Below, piece by piece: positions 57,430 through 64,000 of a stretch of 64,000 bases of DNA. The notes beneath the pieces were generated by a model. That model did no database searches, was not told where the DNA came from, and saw only the letters and a program-made list of their open reading frames with translations. Positions within the stretch are counted from its first letter, which is position 1. Each line of letters opens with the position of its first letter. The translations under genes and the position numbers were made by a program. Origin of the DNA: Actinomycetota bacterium (GTDB taxonomy: Bacteria > Actinomycetota > Actinomycetes > Mycobacteriales > SCTD01); assembly GCA_033851845.1 (NCBI GenBank), contig JAWWOH010000036.1:3945-67944 (forward strand), written 5' to 3'.

Positions 57430-58284
57430 TCAACCACCGGCGAGGAGCGCGACACCGATGAGCGATGCGGCCACACCGACGACCTGAACGCGCCGCAGCC
57501 GCTCGCCGTGCACGCGGTAGGCAAGCAGCGCGGTGACGACGGGGTAGAGCGACGCGAGCACTGACGCGACGCTGACCAGTGACGACCGCGACGCCACGGC
57601 GTACGTCCCGTTGGCGGCGACGTCGAACACCCCGATGGACAGGATCAGTACGGCGTCGCCTCTCCCCACATGCAGGTCCCACCCACGACGACGGACGACC
57701 GCGAGCAGCAGCAACGTCAGCAGCGTGACCGACGTCAGCCGCATCGTCAGCAGCGTCATCACGATGGACCCGCTGTCGCCCTCGCTGGCCTGCGCGACGA
57801 GCAGCAGCACCAGCCCGAAGCCAACGGCCGCGCCGCCCGCGAGCAGCAGCGCGGTGGCGCCGCCCGCGCCCTCGCCGGACATCTCGGGCCCGCTGGCCAG
57901 CACGACGCCGAGCACCGCGACGCCGATGCCCACGAGCTGCCACGAGCTGGGGGTCTCCCCTCGCACGAGGCCCACGACGACGGGCACCGCGACACCCAGG
58001 GCGGCGACCGGTGCCACGACACCCATGGTCCCGATCGACAGCGCCCGGAAGAACATGCCGAGAGCGGCGATGCCGACGGCACCGGCGACGGCGGCCGGCA
58101 GCACGTACGAACGCGGCGCGTCGACGGCACCTGTGACGAGGGCGACCGGCACCAGAAGGACCAGCGCGGTCAGCTGCGACAGGCCCAGCACGCTCGTGAC
58201 CGGCAACCGGCGCGACGCCGTGCCGCCCAGGAAGTCGGACACCCCCCACAGGCAGCTCGACAGCAGGGCGAGCAGGGCCGACAT
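57430..58284 (-). CDS. EamA/DMT family transporter
   Basis: WGVSDFLGG, about 10 TM helices, SLYPVVT, GERL. Confidence 0.92.
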   Translation of the reverse strand: MSALLALLSSCLWGVSDFLGGTASRRLPVTSVLGLSQLTALVLLVPVALVTGAVDAPRSYVLPAAVAGAVGIAALGMFFRALSIGTMGVVAPVAALGVAVPVVVGLVRGETPSSWQLVGIGVAVLGVVLASGPEMSGEGAGGATALLLAGGAAVGFGLVLLLVAQASEGDSGSIVMTLLTMRLTSVTLLTLLLLAVVRRRGWDLHVGRGDAVLILSIGVFDVAANGTYAVASRSSLVSVASVLASLYPVVTALLAYRVHGERLRRVQVVGVAASLIGVALLAGG

Positions 58285-58364
58285 CGGGCGAGCCTAGGTC
58301 GTGGGACGCGATCGGCTCGGCGCGTCATGCCGCCAGGGCGGCCGCCGAGACGTACCGTCGCGAA

Positions 58365-58964
58365 GTGACCGTGCAGCTCGAACCGCCACCGGGGCCGGGC
58401 ACGGCGCCGGAGGCCTTCCGCGCCGCCGCCGCGACGCTGTTCGCCGCGTTGGCCGAATCCGGACGCCCCGGGCTGGCCCTGCGCGAGGTCCCGGCCCCCC
58501 GCAAGCTCGCGCCGTACGCCATCGCGGTGGCGGCCGACGTCACCCGCGGCGACGCCGACGTGGCAAGTGGTCGCTTCGTGGTGCTGCACGACCCGGCGGG
58601 GCAGGACGGCTGGCGTGGTGACACCCGCATCGTGGCGTTCGTGTCGGCCGACGTGGAGTCGGAGATGGCTGCCGACCCGGCACTGGCGGCCGTCGGCTGG
58701 TCCTGGCTGACCGAGTCGCTGACCGACCGCGGCGCGCTGCACACCGCGGCGGGTGGCACGGTCACCCGCACGGTCTCCTGCCGGTTCGGGAGCCTCGAGG
58801 ACCCCGAGGAGGAGAGCGAGGTCGAGATCCGCGCGTCGTGGACCGCCCTGCCACTGGCGGACGGGACCCTCGACCTCGGTGAGCACCTCCGGGCCTGGTG
58901 CGACCTGCTGTGTGCGACCGCGGGCCTACCGCCCCCCGGCGTCGCGGCCCTGCACCCGCGTTGA
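58365..58964 (+). CDS. DUF3000 family protein
   Basis: VPAPRKLAPY, GRFVVLHDP.GQ..W, VGWSWL, GGTVT, EIRASW, AGLPP. Confidence 0.9.
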   Translation: MTVQLEPPPGPGTAPEAFRAAAATLFAALAESGRPGLALREVPAPRKLAPYAIAVAADVTRGDADVASGRFVVLHDPAGQDGWRGDTRIVAFVSADVESEMAADPALAAVGWSWLTESLTDRGALHTAAGGTVTRTVSCRFGSLEDPEEESEVEIRASWTALPLADGTLDLGEHLRAWCDLLCATAGLPPPGVAALHPR

Positions 58965-60101
58965 CGCGGCCTCGACGGTGCGGGGCACCCTCGGCTTGCG
59001 TTCGCCGCGCTGCGCGGGCAGCCCGACGGGGGTCGGCGGAGCGAGTGATGCCGGCCGCGGCAGGCGAAGCGTGAGTGTCGTCCCCTCACCCGGCGCGCTC
59101 GCCACGTCGAGGCCGCCGCCGGACAGTCGCGCCCGTTCGCGGAGCAGGCCGAGACCGACGTGCCGGCCGCGGTCGGGGCGCACCTTGTCGGGGTCGAAGC
59201 CGGGACCCTCGTCGCGCACGACGGCGAAGACCACGTCCTCCTCGACGCGCAGGCTGACGTAGGCGTCATCGACGTCGGCGTGCTTCACGACGTTGAGCAG
59301 CGCCTCCTGGAAGAACCGGTAGACGGTGATCGCGGATGCCAGAGGCAGCGGGTACGGCGAGTCCGGCCAGCTCACGTGCACCTGGAGGCCGTACCGCTGG
59401 TTCATGTCGGCGCGCAGGTTGCCCACCGCTGATGCGAGGTCGCCATCGCGAAGCGCCGGCGGCCGGGTGCGCGCCATGACGGCGCGGACCTGCTCCTCGG
59501 CGTCCTCGACGTAGTCCGAGAGCTTGGCCAACTCCGCGGCCGTCGACGGGTTGGTAGCGAGCAGGCCGCGGGCGATCATCAACGACTGCGCAACGGTGTC
59601 GTGCAGCTCAGCGGCCAGCTGGCCGCGGGCCCCCTCCTCGGCCGTCACCAGGCCGGACACGAGCTCGAAGACCCCGGCACCGGCGGTCTCGGCGTCGCGG
59701 CGATGCCGCTCGCCGACCTCGTCACCGACCCGCACCCGCAGGTGCAGTGCGTCGAGAACCCTTGCCAGCTCGGACATTTCGGTGCTCGCCAGTGCCGTGA
59801 TCCGCCGCCGCCCCGGGCGGCCCACGGGGGCGGACGGATCGTGCAGCCGCTGCACAGCGTCGGAGTGCAGTCCGCGCAACCCGGTTGCCAGCCGGCTCGC
59901 CGCGATGACCTGTACGACGGACAGTGCGAGGCCGACCGTGGTCCCGGCAGCGAGTGCCTCGACGGCGTGCAGGGTGAGCGCCCCCGAGGCACGCAGCAGT
60001 GCGGCGGCGACACCTCCGACGATGAGCACCGAACCCGCCGACAGCGCACCTGCCAAGACAGCGAGCGGCAGCCGGCCGCGGCGGGGGCTCGCCTCGGTCA
60101 C
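58926..60101 (-). CDS. NarX-type (HisKA_3) histidine kinase with two closely spaced TM helices
   Basis: AELHDTVAQSL, QEALLNVVKHA, RDEGPGF, GLGLLRER; GTG at 60101 overlaps the upstream TGA. Confidence 0.9.
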   Translation of the reverse strand: MTEASPRRGRLPLAVLAGALSAGSVLIVGGVAAALLRASGALTLHAVEALAAGTTVGLALSVVQVIAASRLATGLRGLHSDAVQRLHDPSAPVGRPGRRRITALASTEMSELARVLDALHLRVRVGDEVGERHRRDAETAGAGVFELVSGLVTAEEGARGQLAAELHDTVAQSLMIARGLLATNPSTAAELAKLSDYVEDAEEQVRAVMARTRPPALRDGDLASAVGNLRADMNQRYGLQVHVSWPDSPYPLPLASAITVYRFFQEALLNVVKHADVDDAYVSLRVEEDVVFAVVRDEGPGFDPDKVRPDRGRHVGLGLLRERARLSGGGLDVASAPGEGTTLTLRLPRPASLAPPTPVGLPAQRGERKPRVPRTVEAASTRVQGRDAGGR

Positions 60102-61543
60102 CGGAGCACGCCCGTGGTCGTCCAGTCGGTCGCGGGGCGCGTCGACGTCGGCGCGTCCGTCACCCGGCTGCCGCCGGTCACGCCGATCAGATCCGGCTCG
60201 GCGGCCAGTGCGATCGCACCCAGCAGCGAGGCCACGGCGCGCTCGACCAGGTGCAGCTCCTCGACGATGTCGTCGGCACCACCCGCGCTCTCGGCCAGTC
60301 GGGCCAGCCGGTCGGCGGACTCGCGCAGCACCTGCAGCGCGGGTGCGGTCGCGGCCCCGATGTCGCCGAGGTTCTTGGCGGCCTCGCCGGCGGCGGCGAC
60401 CTGGTCGGATGCGGCCTGGTGGCGAACGGTGAGGTCGGCGACCGACAGCCACGACTCGGCCTGGCCGACAAGCACCTGGGCAAGACGGATCTCACGGCGG
60501 CCGAAGCCGGCAGAGCCGCGCGGACGACGGGCGATGAGCACGGCCAGTGGCGCGTTGGGCTCACCGAGGACGGCAGAGCACCAGGGCCGCTCGTCCTCAG
60601 TGCCGGTGGCGACACCGCGCGCACCGAGCGCACGCAGGACCCACGGCTCGTCGAAGGCCTCGGGGTCGACGCGGCGCCGCTCGGGCACACCGCTCTCGTC
60701 GCCGGCGTACCGCACTGGACCGTCGGCGGCGAGCACGACCATCTCGACGTCGGCACCGCCGAACAGCCGCGCCGCCGCGGTGACGACGACCTGCGCGGAC
60801 ACGTCCGTCGACCGACCGGTGGCCTGCTCCTGGCCGCGGGCGAGCTCTGCGAACAGGCGGGCTTCCGCCGTACGCCGGGTCTGCTGGTCGTACGACGACC
60901 ACAGCAGAGCAAGCGGCACGAGCAGGCCCAGCAGGCCCAGCGGCGCCGTCGTCGCCAGGAAGGCAGCGAGCAGACCGATGGAGGAGTTGCCCGCGGTATG
61001 CACGGCTGACAGTGGCGCGCTCGACGCGAGGAGCGGGATGAGCTTGCGGCGGCTGGTCAGCGAGACCGCGACACCGACGAGGGTGTGGTTGACCGCGAAG
61101 AACACGGCCATGCCGGCGATGGCACCGGGGATGTTGCCGCCGAGCAGCGAGGCGACGTAGGACCCGGCCGCGGTCGACAGCGCGAACTGCGCGACGTTGA
61201 ACTCCAGCTTCAGCCGGGGCTGATGCCGCACGGACTGCGCGATCGCGACACCGGCGAGCACCGCAGCGACGGACCAGGCGCCGGTCGAGGCGACCCAGGC
61301 CGCGCCGAGTGCGCCCTCGGTCAGGGAGAAGGTCCACCGCTGCCGCCCGAACTGCAGGTGAACCACGGCGACCTCGGAGATGGCCACGACCGTGGCGAGC
61401 AGCAGCGGCGCCCACCACGCGACGTCGCCCCAACCCGCGAGGACGCACAGCAGCACCGCGGCGACCATGCTGATGCCGGCGACGAGGCGCACCCGGCCGG
61501 CCGGCCCCGCCCAACGGCGGGGCGGGCTCACGACGCGGGCCAT
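60098..61543 (-). CDS. Multi-TM membrane sensor-like protein with cytoplasmic GAF-like domain and helical tail, no catalytic output domain
   Basis: About 7 hydrophobic helices with SE...HLQF....FSLTE and KLEFNVAQ; GAF-like region (AAARLFG...LAVL...FGRREIRLAQVL); ATG at 61543 after GGAG. Confidence 0.8.
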   Translation of the reverse strand: MARVVSPPRRWAGPAGRVRLVAGISMVAAVLLCVLAGWGDVAWWAPLLLATVVAISEVAVVHLQFGRQRWTFSLTEGALGAAWVASTGAWSVAAVLAGVAIAQSVRHQPRLKLEFNVAQFALSTAAGSYVASLLGGNIPGAIAGMAVFFAVNHTLVGVAVSLTSRRKLIPLLASSAPLSAVHTAGNSSIGLLAAFLATTAPLGLLGLLVPLALLWSSYDQQTRRTAEARLFAELARGQEQATGRSTDVSAQVVVTAAARLFGGADVEMVVLAADGPVRYAGDESGVPERRRVDPEAFDEPWVLRALGARGVATGTEDERPWCSAVLGEPNAPLAVLIARRPRGSAGFGRREIRLAQVLVGQAESWLSVADLTVRHQAASDQVAAAGEAAKNLGDIGAATAPALQVLRESADRLARLAESAGGADDIVEELHLVERAVASLLGAIALAAEPDLIGVTGGSRVTDAPTSTRPATDWTTTGVLR

Positions 61544-63045
61544 GCCGCAGCACTCCAGGACGAGGCGGACCAGGACGACGCGCTCCACGATGAGGCCGAC
61601 CACGAGGAGGCGGTCCAGCTCTCGCCGTTCCAGGTCGCCCCGGACCACGACGACGCGGACCACGAAGAGGCGCTCCACGACGAGGCACTCCAGGAGGAGG
61701 CCGACCACGAGGAGGCATCGAACGTGCCCTCACCGGTGAGGTCGCCGCCGCCGTCGAGCGCGGCGCCGTCCGGACCGGAGACGAGCTTGTCGGTCGGGTC
61801 GAGCAGCCCCCGGCCGTCGCGCAAGCCGGGCAGGTCGCGCGCCGAGGCGCGCAGCGAGGCCTTGACCTGGGCAGGGGTGGCGGTCGGGTGCGCCTGCAGC
61901 AACAGGGCGGCGGCGCCGCTCACGACCGCGGTCGCCTGGCTGGTGCCGGTGCCGCGCCACAGGCCACCGCCGGCGTACGCCGAGGGGTTCTGCCGGGCAA
62001 CGAGGGCGTCCTCGGGCAGCACGCCGAGGACGCTGACGCCGTTGGCGACGAGGTCGGGCTTCTGCACGCCGGCCGCGACGGCGCTGCCGCTGAACGGCGC
62101 GACGACCGGCTTCTTGCCCTTGAGGTCGGCTGCACCGACGGTCAGCGCCCGCGGGTCGAAGCCCGGGTCCCCCACCTCGTCGGCGCTGTTGCCGGCCGAG
62201 ACGACCGGCACGACGCCGGCCTGCGCCACCCGCTCGACCGCCGCGTTCAGCGGGTCGGCGCCGTAGCCGTTGCCGGGCCGGCTGTGGCTGAAGGACAGGT
62301 TGGCGATGTCGATCGTGTCCGCGTGCGCCGTGACCCAGTCCAGACCGGCGACGACCGAGGACAGCGACGTCTCGCCAGAGGCGTCGGCGACCTTCACGAC
62401 CACGACGGTCGCGGCGGGCGCGATGCCGACGGCCATGTTGCCCGTGCCCTCCACCGGGCCGCCGGCGACAAGGCTGGCCATGAACGTCCCGTGCCCGTGG
62501 CCGTCACCGAACCGGCCGGACGTGACCGGCGCGGCACCCGTGGTGAGCGGGGACGTGTCGACGCCGTCGACGAGCCGGCCCGACGCGCGGTCGAGCGCCT
62601 GGGTGTCCGCGACGCCCGTGTCGACGATGGCGACCGTCACGCCACGACCGGAGCCCTTCTTGCCGGCCGATCCGCCGAGGCCGTCCGCGGCCGAGACGCC
62701 GGTGCCACTTCCGCCGGGCCGGCCGGACAGCACCACCCGGTCGTCGGGGAAGACGCCCAGGACGCCGCGGGCTGCTGCCAGCCGGGCCAGCGCAGCCGGC
62801 GTACCGCGAACCACGGCCTCGCTGATCGCGTGCAGCTCCTGCCGCACCGAGACGCCCGGCACCGAGACGGCGGCACCGTCGTAGGCCACGACCGCCTGCA
62901 GCACCGGACCACTCCCGGCGGTCAGCGTGGTCGCGCCGAGCAGCGCGACCAGCGTCAGGGACACGCCGGAACGGCGGGCCACGGCGGGGAAGACGGACAA
63001 AGCAGGGCTCCAGGGCGGGCGGGGCATACCGAATCTGTTGCTCAC
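61528..63045 (-). CDS. Secreted S8 subtilase with C-terminal Trp-pentapeptide repeat tail
   Basis: Triad IVDTG / HGHGT / GTGTSQA; SAGN oxyanion motif; KPDLVA; N-terminal hydrophobic segment and propeptide-like region. Confidence 0.92.
   Translation of the reverse strand: MSNRFGMPRPPWSPALSVFPAVARRSGVSLTLVALLGATTLTAGSGPVLQAVVAYDGAAVSVPGVSVRQELHAISEAVVRGTPAALARLAAARGVLGVFPDDRVVLSGRPGGSGTGVSAADGLGGSAGKKGSGRGVTVAIVDTGVADTQALDRASGRLVDGVDTSPLTTGAAPVTSGRFGDGHGHGTFMASLVAGGPVEGTGNMAVGIAPAATVVVVKVADASGETSLSSVVAGLDWVTAHADTIDIANLSFSHSRPGNGYGADPLNAAVERVAQAGVVPVVSAGNSADEVGDPGFDPRALTVGAADLKGKKPVVAPFSGSAVAAGVQKPDLVANGVSVLGVLPEDALVARQNPSAYAGGGLWRGTGTSQATAVVSGAAALLLQAHPTATPAQVKASLRASARDLPGLRDGRGLLDPTDKLVSGPDGAALDGGGDLTGEGTFDASSWSASSWSASSWSASSWSASSWSGATWNGESWTASSWSASSWSASSWSASSWSAAAWPAS
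61537..61716 (-). repeat. 12 x 15-bp coding repeat encoding (ASSWS)5-GATWN-GESWT-(ASSWS)4-AAAWP
   Basis: TGG codon every 15 nt; synonymous codons vary between units. Confidence 0.95.
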
Positions 63046-63254
63046 ACGTCGGCATCTGCCGGGCCCGACTCCAGCGTTCGCGGCGCTTGTCCCCCGTTCG
63101 GCCTACTGCACCTGCCCGCGCCACGCTCGGCCGGTCGGGTCAGTCGATCTGTGCCCGGGACTACAGCCACGGTGGGTAGCGGCCGAGACAGAGAGTGAAC
63201 GGCGCGCCCAGGCGCGCTGACATGAAGTGCCGAACACATGACACGGAGGACGCG

Positions 63255-63950
63255 GTGGCAGCCGGTCTCGACCACGCGATCGACAGCATCCCGGCCCAGG
63301 GCACGTCGGAAGACGCCCCTGGCTTCACGGCGATGGTCGTCGACGACCACCCGCTCGTCCGCGAGTCGATGGTGGCGCGACTGAAGATGATGGGTGCCCG
63401 CGAGGTCGTCGAGGCCGCCACCATCGGTGAGGCCCGCGCCCGCGCCAACCTGTCCGGCCCCCGTGAGCTCTGCGTCCTCGACCTCGGCCTGCCCGATGGC
63501 TCCGGCCTCGACCTGCTCGCCGACCTGCGCTCCGCCGGCTGGCAGCGGCTCGTCGTGCTGTCCGCCGCCGACGACCCGTACTCGGTCCGCGCCGCCTTCG
63601 TGGCCGGCGCCCAGGGCTACCTGCTCAAGTCCGCCTCCCCGCTCGTCGTGGCTGACGGCGTACGCCGCGTCCTCGACGGCGGCGTGTACGCCGACCCGTC
63701 GGTCGCCTCGCTGCTGGCCGCGGGCCTGCGCGGTGGTCCGGTCGACACCGGCGTCTCCGAGCTGTCCGGTCGCGAGATCGAGGTGCTCCGACTCGTCGCC
63801 GACGGCCAGTCGAACAAGCAGATCGGCGACGTCCTCGGCCTGTCGGCCCTGACCGTCAAGAGCCACCTGGCCCGAATCGCCCGCAAGCTGGGCACCGGCG
63901 ACCGCGCCGAGATGGTCGCGCTCGCCATGCGCGCCGGCGTCATCCGCTAA
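63255..63950 (+). CDS. NarL/LuxR-family response regulator
   Basis: VVDDHPLVR, LDLGLPDGSG, GYLLK, LSGREIEVL...SNKQIG..L.LS..TVKSHL; GTG at 63255 after GGAGG. Confidence 0.93.
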   Translation: MAAGLDHAIDSIPAQGTSEDAPGFTAMVVDDHPLVRESMVARLKMMGAREVVEAATIGEARARANLSGPRELCVLDLGLPDGSGLDLLADLRSAGWQRLVVLSAADDPYSVRAAFVAGAQGYLLKSASPLVVADGVRRVLDGGVYADPSVASLLAAGLRGGPVDTGVSELSGREIEVLRLVADGQSNKQIGDVLGLSALTVKSHLARIARKLGTGDRAEMVALAMRAGVIR

Positions 63951-64000
63951 CACCCTCGACTTACGTCCGAGGCTCTGGCCGCCCGAGCGACCCCGGACTC

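Noticed and set aside
61544-61708. Val/Leu-rich N-terminal extension of the membrane protein in the ORF track
   Set aside because: Alternative-frame reading of the protease repeat; the ATG at 61543 has an SD
61537-61716. Possible CRISPR or non-coding repeat array
   Set aside because: 15-bp in-frame coding units without spacers and no cas genes nearby
61085-62266. Plus-strand ORF with DHEEA/LHDEA repeats
   Set aside because: Reverse-strand reading of the ASSWS repeat; no independent evidence of expression
63046-63254. GCCGAA/GCCGAC motifs resembling sigma-28/WhiG -10 elements (also near 14193 and 16114)
   Set aside because: No convincing -35 partner at the right spacing, and such hexamers are frequent in GC-rich DNA

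Overview
High-GC actinobacterial chromosomal segment with about 46 CDS; no rRNA, tRNA or CRISPR array was seen. Housekeeping content: treX/glgX-treY-treZ, ligC and a stand-alone Prim-Pol (LigD polymerase domain), tesB, msrB, the coproporphyrin-dependent heme genes hemQ, hemG and hemE, and a DUF3000 gene. Accessory content is dominated by large secreted Asp-box/BNR beta-propeller proteins, a 2430-aa surface protein, c-di-GMP enzymes and an SOS-box-preceded DUF222-HNH gene. Three candidate undescribed systems stand out. (1) An operon of a subtilase with a 12x Trp-pentapeptide (ASSWS) tail, a multi-TM/GAF-like protein and a sensor-less HisKA_3 kinase, divergent from a NarL/LuxR regulator; this may be a peptide-signalling circuit. 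(2) An FtsH paralog with an altered pore loop, translationally coupled to a membrane-anchored protein combining a beta-propeller with an integrin-beta-like vWA/hybrid module. (3) A shared putative alternative-sigma promoter, GCAGG-N16-G(C/A)GAA, in front of the FtsH operon and three secreted propeller genes. All calls come from reading the sequence and recalled family motifs; no searches were run.
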